Below, piece by piece: positions 1 to 9,699 of a DNA stretch of 64,000 bases. The translations under genes and the position numbers were made by a program. The first letter of the stretch is position 1; every line of letters starts with the position of its first letter. The notes beneath the pieces are model-generated. The model saw only the letters and a list, made by a program, of their open reading frames with translations, had not been told where the DNA came from and did not search any database. Origin of the DNA: Mobula hypostoma (lineage: Eukaryota); the NCBI RefSeq assembly GCF_963921235.1, contig NC_086101.1, forward strand, positions 930,001 through 994,000, written 5' to 3'.

Positions 1-495
1 CCGACATCTGATTCCTGATCAGGAGACAGAGCGGGCAGAAACTCAATTTGGCATTCGAATGGGGTCATACCCAGTGGTGAATGCTGAAGGGTATTGTGGG
101 CGAACTCGGCCCGGATTAAATGGTTACTCCAAGAGGAGAGATGACTGGACAGAAGACAGAGAACGGCTCACTCCAGGTCCCGGTTTGTCCTCTCAGCCCG
201 TCCATTAGTCTGAGGGTAGAAGCCTGAGGAAAGACAAGAGGTAGTGCCGAGCAGCCTACAAAGTGCTTGCCGGAGATTGGAGGTGAATTGGGACCTCTGC
301 CCGAAACAATATCTGTGTGAAAACCTTCATACGGAAACCCTGTCTGTGCAAAATCTTGCGGTCTGCCGGGAGAATGGTAGTTTATTTCGAACAATGTATC
401 CACAAGCCTTGCGAAACTTATGCAACACAACTAAAATAGTAGTAAAGGAATGTGATGGGGAAAGGCAGATAATAATATCTAGAGAACGGTGAGAC
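1..495 (-). mobile_element. Degenerate Ty3/Gypsy integrase core fragment
   Basis: Frameshifted minus-strand translation gives SLDIIICLSPSHSFTTILVV..KACGYI..KLPFSRQTA, DIVSGRGP and SGFYPQTNGRAERTNRDLE..WSNHL..AEFAHN..GMTPFEC. These match the rve core of fish Gypsy elements. Confidence 0.75.
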
Positions 496-1040
496 CGGGC
501 CGTGCTTATCTCAAAAACCCCTGCATTCCCCAGGCCCGGAAGGCTGAGCTCAGAAACGTTGATAATTTCCTTTTCCATTTCAGATTATGCTTGACCCCAT
601 CCTCCATGAGATGTCAGCTGTTACAGAAATCTGGGCATTTGCCTGGATGTTGCGTCCGATAGCAGGTCCAGGACTTTAGGGAGTGCACGGAAGTCAGCGT
701 GGATACTTGAGAAGTGGAGTTTACCCTTAATACAAATACAGTTCAGGTCTGATTGTGCAAACAACGTGAAACATTTGAGTTGGTGTAAATGAGACAACAT
801 GCTGGTGGAGGCTTCGTGGTCTGAGAGGGAGAGATTGACAGTGACAGGAACATCGCGACATGTCTGATAAAGACTTGGAAGGAGCTCTCTGATACCGCAC
901 TCTGATGGAGATGGGTTCACCAGGAGTCTTCAAAGGTAACTGCATACATAGATGATGGGCCATTCATGTGTAGATATTGAAAGGATATAGGAAGCACAGT
1001 TAACGAGAGGACTCAAATAATAGTCAGCGCAAAGAAGGTA

Positions 1041-1620
1041 AGACCATAAGACCATAAGATATAGGCGCAGAATTACTCCATTTGGCCATCGAGTTTGCTC
1101 CGTCATTTCATCATGGCTGATCTAATTTTCCTTTCATCACCAATCTCCTGCCTTCTCCTATTTCCCTTTCATCTCCCTGAATAATGAAGAACCACTCACC
1201 TTCCGCCTTAAATATTCAAAAAGACGCGGCCTCCGCAGCTGCGAGTGGCAAATAATTGCACAAATGCACCACTCCCTGGCTGAAGAAATACATCCTTATT
1301 GTCGTTCTAAAAGGACACTCCTCTATTCTGAGGCTGTGTCCTCTGATCCTGGACCCTCTCTCCAGAGACAACATCCTTTCCTCATCCACTCTGTCAAGGC
1401 CGTCACCATTCGATACGTTTCAATGAGGTCGCCCTTTATTCTAGTGAATACAGGTCCAGAGCCATCCAACGCTTTTCATATGTCAAGACGTTCAATCCTG
1501 GAATGATTTTCGAGAATGAATCCCTCTGTAGCCTCAGAACATCCTTTCTCAGATAGTCCCTAAAACTGACAACAATACTCAAAGTGAGGCCTTACCAGTG
1601 CTGTATAAAGTTTCAGCATT
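1041..1620 (-). mobile_element. CR1 LINE 3' fragment (degenerate)
   Basis: Short-repeat tail (AAGACCAT)n at 1041-1060, then CR1 3'UTR and ORF2 C-terminus on the minus strand, similar to other CR1 copies in the window. Confidence 0.7.
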
Positions 1621-1682
1621 AAATTAGATGGTCCAGTGACCTCTTCTGTACGGCTAACTGGGATAACTGTGGAGAAATTACT

Positions 1683-1922
1683 TTAGTCAGGTAAATCTGT
1701 GGAATTTGTTGCCACGAGCGGCTGTGGACTTCAAGTCATTGGGTGTATACAAGACAGAGATAGATAGGCTCTTGATTAGCCAGGGCATCAAAGGATAGGG
1801 GGTGAAGTCAGGGGAGTGGAGATGACTGGATGAAATGGATCAGCCCATGACTGAATGGCGGAGCAGACTCGATGGGCCGAATGGCCTACTCCTGCTCCTA
1901 TATCTTATGGCCTTATGTTCTT
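1683..1922 (+). mobile_element. CR1 LINE 3' end
   Basis: ...gatgggccgaatggcctactcctgctcctatatcttatgg: typical CR1 3' stem-loop and tail. Confidence 0.75.
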
Positions 1923-1966
1923 AATTCACAGATGGTCAGAGATTCTCCTTTCTCAAAGTGCGACCA

Positions 1967-1986
1967 TCTCTCTCTCTCTCTCTCTC
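1967..1986. repeat. (TC)10 microsatellite
   Basis: Directly visible. Confidence 0.9.
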
Positions 1987-2263
1987 CCTTCCCCCATTAT
2001 GAATCAGATGATTCTCACTGTTATCGCCCTGATAAACCAGGCCTGTGCTGGTACAGTCAATGTTGACGTTTACTGCTGACGGGAAATGGCAGAATGTCGC
2101 CGGAAGCAGCGCCAGGTCAACACACCATCAGGTGGATCCGTGCGGCAGCTATTGTGGGGTGATCGTTCGGTGCCTTGATCTTGTTTTGCTGGCCAGACCA
2201 GTCATGGGGTGGAGAAGCAGGTCTGGTGCTGGTGAGAGAGCTGCCTCAGAGAGACGAGTGCGG

Positions 2264-2496
2264 TATGGGCTGGGTGGGTGCTCGATAGTGGTCTGTGGTC
2301 TGGCGAGTGCGATATGGCCTGGGTGGGCGTTCGATAGTGGTCTGTGGTCTGGCGGGTGCCATATGGGCTGGGTGGGCATTCGATAGTGGTCTGTGGTCTG
2401 GCGGGTGCCATATGGGCTGGGTGGGCGTTCGATAGTGGTCTGTGGTCTGGCGGGTGCCATATGGGCTGGGTGGGCGTTCGATAGTGGTCTGTGGTC
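2264..2496. repeat. 49-bp tandem repeat, about 4.7 copies
   Basis: ATATGGGCTG recurs at 2361, 2410 and 2459 (period 49). Confidence 0.9.
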
Positions 2497-2924
2497 AAAG
2501 TGAGCTGCCTGGGAGCAGTGGGGTCTGCCGGGGCAGTTGATGGCAGTGTGTACTGGTGGGGAGGAGTGGAGTAAGCGAGAATATGGGATCTGTGTGGTCA
2601 TTGGGGAAGTGGGGAGCTTGGTGTCAGTTGGAATTAATGGAGTGGAGGGTTATGGCCATTAGGGCGGTTTACGGCGAGTGAGAATAACTGGAGAGTTGTG
2701 CGATCATTGGGAACAGGCAATATCTGAGGGCGGGGGGCTGGTGGAGGTGTTGCGGTTTTAGCTGTAACGTGGAGGCAGTATTACATCAATGGGAACGAGA
2801 GGGGATGTCAGGACATCCTGACGCGGGCCGCCAGTAGAAACTACTGGGGATGTGTGAAAATGTGTGGTGTCGTGGGGGAGTGGTGGAGGAGATGAGGTGT
2901 TAATTGGAACGTACAGGAAGTGTG

Positions 2925-3135
2925 TGATCAGTGGGGAATGTTGATTGTTTTTGGGTCTTTGGGGACGTGGAGCGATGTGGGGTCAGTGGGGGAATGTTGA
3001 GTGTTTTTGGGTTTTTGGGGACGTGGAGCAATGTGGGGTCAGTGGGGAATGTTAAGTGTTTTTGGGTCTTAGGGAACATGAAGCAATCTGTGATCAGTGG
3101 GAATTGCTGGGCAGATGTGGCGCTCTGTGGAACAT
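2925..3135. repeat. Degenerate tandem repeat of about 55 bp leading into the G-rich minisatellite
   Basis: Recurrent cagtggggaatgtt...ttttgggt...gggacgtggagc units. Confidence 0.6.
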
Positions 3136-3142
3136 GGAGGAA

Positions 3143-3918
3143 GTCTGGTGGGGAGGTGGGGTCAGAGGGGTCTGGTGGGGAGGTGGGGTCAGAGGGGTCT
3201 GGTGGGGAGGTGGGGTTAGAGGGGACTGGTGGGGAGGTGGGGTCAGAGGGGACTGGTGGGGAGGTGGGGTCAGGCGGGGAGGTTCGGTCAGAGGGGTCTG
3301 GCGGGGAGGTGGGGTCAGAGGGGTCTGGCGGGGAGGTGGGGTCAGAGGGGTCAGGCGGGGAGGTGGGGTCAGAGGGGTCTGGTGGGGAGGTGGGGTCAGA
3401 GGGGTCTGGTGGGGAGGTAGGGTCAGAGGGGACTGGTGGGGAGGTGGGGTCAGGCGGGGATGTTCGGTCCGAGGGGTCTGGTGGGGAGGTGGGGTCAGAG
3501 GAGTCAGGCGGGGAGGTGGGGTCAGAGGAGTCAGGCGGGGAGGTGGGGTCAGAGGGGTCAGGTGGGGAGGTTCGGTCAGAGGGGTCTGGCGGGGAGGTGG
3601 GGTCAGAGGGGTCTGGCGGGGAGGTGGGGTCAGAGGGGTCAGGCGGGGAGGTTCGGTCAGAAGGGTCTGGCGGGGAGGTGGGGTCAGAGGGGTCTGGTGG
3701 GGAGGTAGGGTCAGAGGGGACTGGTGGGGAGGTGGGGTCAGGCGGGGATGTTCGGTCCGAGGGGTCTGGTGGGGAGGTGGGGTCAGAGGAGTCAGGCGGG
3801 GAGGTGGGGTCAGAGGAGTCAGGCGGGGAGGTGGGGTCAGAGGGGTCAGGTGGGGAGGTTCGGTCAGAGGGGTCTGGCGGGGAGGTGGGGTCAGAGGGGT
3901 CAGGTGGGGAGGTGGGGT
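3143..3918. repeat. 27-bp G-rich minisatellite (GTGGGGTCA GAGGGGTCT GGTGGGGAG) with a 288-bp higher-order duplication
   Basis: Unit directly visible; diagnostic variants recur 288 bp apart (3417/3705, 3461/3749). Confidence 0.95.
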
Positions 3919-4259
3919 TACTGGGAACCTGGTGCCGTGGGTTGAGGTTAATGGACAATGTATGAGGATGTGTGTTTGCGGTTAGCAGAGGTGTTGATGG
4001 GAGAGTTGGGCCGATGAGGGATTGCAGAATCAAAGATTAATGAGGTTGCTTGGCCGCAGGGGTGCATCCTGTTGGAATCCGATGAGACCACCGGGAAAAG
4101 CCATTGCCGGATGTCGGAAGATTCATGAGGAGGTTTCAGTGAGGTGGTGTGTGGTCTTGCAGCCTGTGTAAAACGTGTGGGGGTGTCTCTGATTTCAATG
4201 GTAATGGAATGGACTCCGTGGGAGGTTTGGGCTCGGGAGGAGCAGCCACTGGGGAGATG

Positions 4260-4790
4260 GTGGGGACAGGGTGTGTTTACTGAGATAGCGAAGTGAGGGG
4301 AATGGAGACGGGGTCTGGTGGGTACCGCTCGGACGGAGACAGGGCGGGGACAGGGTGTTTTAACAGGGTGGGGACAGGGCGTGTTTACAGCGTGGGGAAA
4401 GGGGGGACAGGGAGTATTTACAGGGTGTGTTTACAGGGTGGGGACAGGGCGTGTTTACAGGGTGGGGTTGTGTTTACAGGGCGGGGACAGGGTGTGACAG
4501 GGTGTGTTTACAGGGTGTGACAGGGAGGGGACAGGGCACGTTTACAGGGTGGGAACAGGGCAGGGACAGGGTGTGTTTACAGGGTGGGGACAGGGCGGGG
4601 ATAGGGTGGGGACAGGGTGTGTTTACAGGGCGGGGATAGGGTGGGGACAGGCTGTGTTTACAGGGTGGAGACAGGGCGTGTTTACAGGGTGGGGACAGGG
4701 TGTGTTTACAGGGCGAGGACAGGGTGTGTTTGCGGGGTGAGGGGGATGGAGACGGGGTCTGGTGGGTACCGCTCGGACGGAGACAGGGTG
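4260..4790. repeat. Minisatellite of about 24 bp (GGGACAGGGTGTGTTTACAGGGTG), bracketed by a direct repeat of about 50 bp
   Basis: Unit visible; atggagacggggtctggtgggtaccgctcggacggagacaggg occurs near 4302 and near 4746. Confidence 0.9.
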
Positions 4791-5199
4791 GTTGGAAGAG
4801 GTGAAAGGAAGAACTGCGGTTTCTGTGGGAGTCTGTGGCTACCTGGTGACACACAGAGCGTGAGGCGTGTTTCGTTACTGGGAGTCAGGATCATCAGTAT
4901 TTAATTGCATCTCCCATATTTCCCGTCATTATTTTAACCTTCACGTTTTCCCGCTCTTCATTAATACTGATGAATAAAAGCTCCTGCTGCAGCCGTCTGA
5001 GGAAGCCGAGGACTGTCCCATTGCATCTGCTCACCCATGTTCTGCCTCACTGAAGGGATACGAGGAAGCGATTTGTATTAAACAGCCTATTTCTGATACG
5101 GTATATCACAATTGTCCAAGTGGCTGTGAATCGAGTCCATTCTCGGTCGAGCCACACTCACTGTACTCTCCCGGTACTGACCGTCCACCGGGAGATCAG

Positions 5200-5790
5200 A
5201 GTCGTTCCGCCCTTCAGACATGAGCCCCCCCCGCCCCCCTGTCGCCGCCGGGACAGACATCCTGTCCGCCCCCTCTCACCGTCTTCATCACTTCAATAAA
5301 ACACACCCACCCCGGGGAACCGGCATCAGACCGCCGGGCCGAGCGCTCTCCTCCTACCTCTCAGACTCCGGCCGCGGGAGACGCTCCACAAACGCCCCAA
5401 CCTCCCTCGGAGTGAAGGGCAATAAATCAGACAGCGGACATCTTTGCTCCGCTGTCACGGTGATTTCCCGCTTGAGCGGGGACAACGCCCTCTCCGCTGC
5501 TCCGCCTCCGCTATTGGTTGTAAGCACCGATTGACATTCCTGCGCACCAATGGGAATAGGGCAGCTCCTGATGCGTCGGTGTTCAGCGGTGGGGGGAGGG
5601 GGTGGTCACGCGATTAGTAGCCCCGCCGTTAAACCGACCAAGCTCGAGCACAGCAGCGCGTGGGTGACGTAAGACGCCGCGCACGTGAGGGCAGATCCCG
5701 GTGTGGGAGGGGGGAACCCATGCGTGACGTCAGGCGCGTGGGGGCAGCTGTATGACGTCACCAGTAGGGGCGGGTCTGTGTTTAAAAGCA
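5200..5790. promoter_or_regulatory. CpG-island promoter-like element
   Basis: CpG-rich. ATTGG 5513, CCAAT 5547, TGACGTAA 5665, CACGTG 5682, perfect CRE TGACGTCA at 5725 and 5753, GC box 5767, TTTAAAA 5781. Minus-strand donor-like sites near 5358, 5280 and 5161. Confidence 0.65.
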
Positions 5791-6212
5791 CCTGAATGGA
5801 GGTTTCTTATGATTTCAGTGGGACAACAACATTAATGACGGGTCTCATCACTGAATCCAGTGTTGTGAGATGTAAAGTCCCTGTGCCGTGTTGTTGGTGG
5901 AGTGGGCAGCGTGGTGTTTGTCTCGATTCGGGTCACAACACCAGAATTGCCAGCGGGGTCCACACACAGTGTATCAGTCAATAGAAAACCTCTCATCCCT
6001 GCAGTCTCTCTCTCCTGGTAAACTCAACACCCTGACAATGTGGACCATAGATACCCCGTCCTCTGAAAGTCAGGGGATCATTCAGACAGCTGATCGCTGA
6101 CAGGAATTATATTTATTGGCCATTAAAGTTCACCCAGATTCGTTTGGACGGATTTGATGTGGAGATCGGGGGTGTCACAGTGAAAGGGCCGGACGGCCGA
6201 ACTCTCTCCGTT

Positions 6213-6901
6213 AATAGACAATAGACAATAGGTGCAGGAGTAGGCCATTGGGCTCTTCGAGCCAGCACCGCCATTCACTGTGATCATGGCTGATCATCCA
6301 CTATCAGTATCCAGTTCCTGCCTTATCCCCATAACCTTTGATTCCACTATCTTTAAGAGCTCTATCTATCTCTTTCTTGAAAGCATCCAGGACTTGGCCT
6401 CCACAGCCTTCTGGGGCCAGAGCATTCCATATATCCACCACTCTCTGGGTGAAAAAGTTTTTCCTCAACTCCGTTCTAAATGGCCTACCCCTTATTCTTA
6501 AACTGTGGCCTCTGGTTCTGGACTCACCCATCAGCGGGAACATGCTTCCTGCCTCCAGCGTGTCCAATCCCTTAATAATCTTATATGTTTCAATAAGATC
6601 CCCTCTCAGCCTTCTAAATTCCAGAGTATACAAGCCCAGTCGCTCCAATCTTTCGACATATGACAGTCCCGCCATCCCGGGAATTAACCTTGTGAACCTA
6701 CGCTGCACTCCCTCAATAGCAAGAATGTCCTTCCTCAAATTTGGAGACCAAAACTGCACACAGTACTCCAGGTGTGGTCTCACCAGGGCCCTGTACAGCT
6801 GCAGAAGGATCTCTTTGCTTTTATACTCAATTCCCCTTGTTATGAAGGCCAGCATGCCATTAGCTTTCTTCACTGCCTGCTGTACTTGCATGCTTGCTTT
6901 C
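6213..6901 (-). mobile_element. Young 5'-truncated CR1 LINE (ORF2 C-terminus plus tail)
   Basis: ORF 6304-6921 reads VKKANGMLAFITRGIEYKSKEILLQLYRALVRPHLEYCVQFWSP; (TATTGTC)n tail; near-identical to 45715-46410. Confidence 0.95.
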
Positions 6902-7590
6902 CAGGTGAGGCGACACTTCACGTGCGAATCTTCCGGGGTCGACGGTTGTGTCTGTTGTTTATAGATTCCTGCGTTGATAATAAATTAACCTTTGGACTAT
7001 CCACTCCGAGCGGGACTTCCCGGTGTAGAAATATTTTCATTCCCATTCCCACTCCCGTTCCGACGTGTCAACCCATCGCCTCCGCTTGTGCCCAGATGAG
7101 GCCACCCTCAGGGTCCAGCATTAGCGCCTCATATACCGTCTGGGTTCCCCCCCCCCCTCCAACCTGATGGCATGAATATCGATTTCTCCTTCCGGTGAAC
7201 ACATCTCCCCCTCACCCCTCCTTCCCACCCCCTCTCTTCCTCTCTGACTTTTCACGTCCTCTCACCTGCTGATCACTTCTCTCTGGGTCCACTGCTCCAT
7301 CCTTTTCTCCTATTCTCCACTCTCCTCTCCAATTAGATTCTATTATCTCCAGCTCTTGAGCTTTTCCACCTACCTGGCTTCACCTATCACCTTCCAGTTC
7401 GCCATTTCCTCGCCCGCCCCGATTTTATTCAGATATTCCCCCATTCCATCTCAGTCCCGAAGGAGGGTTCAACTGGAAACGTCAACTGTTGACGCTTTTC
7501 GATAGATGCTGCCCGGCCTGCTGAGGTCCGCCAGCATTTTGTGTGTGTTGCTCTGGATTTCCAGCATCTGCAGACTTTGTCGCGTTTGTG
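6899..7590 (+). mobile_element. Old Penelope-like element 3' part (decayed GIY-YIG, pyrimidine tract, decayed hammerhead)
   Basis: FQVRRHFTCES..GV; cctgatggcatgaatatcga; cagtcccgaaggagggttcaactggaaacgtcaactg near 7453-7488; homologous to 27560-28287. Confidence 0.8.
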
Positions 7591-7611
7591 ATTTACCTCT
7601 CCGTTGTCCCT

Positions 7612-7840
7612 CCGGCCTCCGGCCGCCGGTGGCGCAGCACGGGACCTCCGGCCGCCGGTGGCGCTGCACGGGACCTCCGGCCGCCGGTGGCGCTGCACGG
7701 GACATCCGGCCGCCGGTGGCGCTGCACGGGACATCCGTCCGCCGGTGGCGCTGCACGGGACATCCGTCCGCCGGTGGCGCTGCACGGGACCTCCGGCCGC
7801 CAGTGGCGCTGCATGGACCACCGGCCGCCGGTGGTGCAGC
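7612..7840. repeat. 29-bp GC-rich tandem repeat, about 7.5 copies
   Basis: CCGGT recurs at 7626, 7655 and 7684 (period 29); unit CCGGCCGCCGGTGGCGCTGCACGGGACCT. Confidence 0.95.
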
Positions 7841-7857
7841 GGAGAACCTCCAGCTAA

Positions 7858-8866
7858 ATAGTCATAGTCATACTTTATTGATCCCGGGGGAAATTGGTTT
7901 TTGCTACAGTTGCACCATAAATAATAAATAGTAATAGAACCATAAATAGTTGAATAGTAATATGTAAATTATGAAATAAGTTTAGGACCAGCCTATTGGC
8001 TCAGGGTGTCTGACCCTCCAAGGGCGGAGTTGTAAAGTTTGATGGCCACAGGCAGGAATGACTTCCTATGACGCTCTGTGTTGCATCTCGTTGGAATGAG
8101 TCTCTGGCTGAATGTACTCCTGTGCCCACCCAGTACATTATGTAGTGGATGGGAGACATTGTCCAAGATGGCATGCAACTTAGACAGCATCCTCTTTCCA
8201 GACATCACCGTGAGAGAGTCCAGTTCCATACCCACAACTTCACTGGCCTTACGAATGAGTTTGTTGATTCTGTTGGTGTCTGCTACCCTCAGCCTGCTGC
8301 CCCAGCACACAACAGCAAACATGATCGCACTGGCCACCACAGACTCATAGAACATCCTCAGCATCGCCCGGCAGATGTTAAAGGACCTCAGTCTCCTCAG
8401 GAAATAGAGGTAGAGACAGCTCTGACCCTTCTTGTAGACAGCCTCAGTGTTCTTTGACCAGTCCAGTTTATTGTCAATTCGTATCCTTGGGTATTTGTAA
8501 TCCTCCACCATGTCCACACTGACCCCCTGGATGGAAACAGGGGTCACCGGTACCTTAGCTCTCCTCAGGTCTACCACCAGCTCCTTAGCCTTTTTCACAT
8601 TAAGCTGCAGATAATTCTGCTCACACCATGTGACAAAGTTTCCTACCGTAGCAATGTACTCAGCCTCATCTCCCTTGCTGATGCATCCAACTATGGCAGA
8701 GTCATCCGAAAACTTCTGAAGATGTCAAGACTCTGTGCAGTAGTTGAAGTCCGAGGTGTAAATGGTGAAGAGAAAGGGAAACAAGACAGTCCCCTGTGGA
8801 GCCCCAGTGCTGTTGATCACTCTGTCGGACACACAGTGTTGCAAACACACGTACTGTGGTCTGCCA
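7858..8866 (-). mobile_element. Rex1/Babar-type LINE, 5'-truncated
   Basis: RT C-terminus plus YFLRRLRSFNICRAMLRMFYESVVASAIMFAVVCWG; AATAAA followed by a (CTATGA)n tail; near-identical to 17004-18020. Confidence 0.9.
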
Positions 8867-8950
8867 GGAAAGGGAAAGGGCCGGGCCCGAGCTCTGCCGG
8901 ACAGCTGGAGCAGGGGTGCCGTGCCAATTTTTTTAGGTGCCGGAGCTGTA

Positions 8951-9166
8951 CGAGGGGTGATTGATAAGCTCGTGGCCTAAGTTAGATGGCCTAAAGTTAT
9001 ACAGCTGTCGTTACATGCATGTACAGTTCAACTCATTGAGTGATTATGCAGAAAGTTTGAAGTTAATTACTTTAGTGGTATTTCTGTTTCAGATAATTGG
9101 AAACTGCTAGATTTTGTAAAATTGACTCCTTCCACCCTGGGCCACGAACTTATCAATCACCCCTCC
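8951..9166. mobile_element. Mariner/Tc1-type MITE, 216 bp
   Basis: TIRs CGAGGGGTGATTGATAAGCTCGTGGCC (8951) and GGCCACGAACTTATCAATCACCCCTCC (ends 9166); TA on both sides (8949-50, 9167-68). Confidence 0.9.
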
Positions 9167-9170
9167 TATG

Positions 9171-9261
9171 TCACACCCAATTTGTGTACCTGCTCTTTTC
9201 ATGTACTGGGCAACTTCCTTGCCCCATTCATGTAATGAGCAGGTACACAAATTGGGTGTGA
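9171..9261. repeat. 91-bp inverted repeat/hairpin with 25-bp perfect arms (possible tiny MITE)
   Basis: TCACACCCAATTTGTGTACCTGCTC at 9171-9195 and its reverse complement at 9237-9261; (TA)n follows. Confidence 0.85.
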
Positions 9262-9699
9262 GATATATTATATATATATATGAATAGGGCTTTTATAATG
9301 TCAAGCACTAAGCCAAGATGAAAGAAATATATGAATTCCAGAACTCCACAGAAATATAGTGATAGTTAAGACATTAACATGATTATAGCCTATCACTACA
9401 TTTCAGTGTATAACTGGTACAATTAAACATATAATACTTAATGTAATAATATGACAAAGTATTGCATGGCTGCACTCACTAATTATCATAAAATATGATT
9501 ATCAAGCAAGTGAAGAAAAAGATAGTAATCGTGTATTTTACCAATTTGGAAGTAATTTCCTACTTACCAAATGCCACCAATGAGAAGTTTCACAATAATT
9601 TCCACAAAGGGTCAGGCGTAATATGTGTTCGGGGGTCTGAAGCAACTCTTGTGCTGGTGTCATCTGCTGATCTGTGGTACCACAGCCATGATGTGGCAT

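Noticed and set aside
2264..2496. Regular repeats superficially like a CRISPR array
   Set aside because: Head-to-tail tandem units without unique spacers, in eukaryotic context, with no cas genes.
3143..3918. GGGGT-rich array as an immunoglobulin switch region
   Set aside because: No AGCT/GAGCT motifs and no Ig constant exons in the window.
2900..4033. Long Pro/Ser/Asp-rich and Gly-rich ORFs (377, 344 and 309 aa)
   Set aside because: They are translations of a stop-free 27-bp minisatellite, open on both strands, with no independent coding evidence.
4818..4856. GGTTTCTGT + 23 nt + CACACAG resembling an RSS
   Set aside because: The heptamer lacks the essential CAC in the required orientation, and no J segment follows.
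5965..5990. CACAGTG...TAGAAAACC resembling a V(D)J recombination signal
   Set aside because: Spacer is 10 nt rather than 12 or 23, the nonamer is imperfect, and no Ig/TCR segment is adjacent.
6338..6964. Antisense ORFs over CR1/Rex1 copies (also e.g. 17315-18043, 58599-59231)
   Set aside because: Shadow ORFs opposite the TE reading frames.
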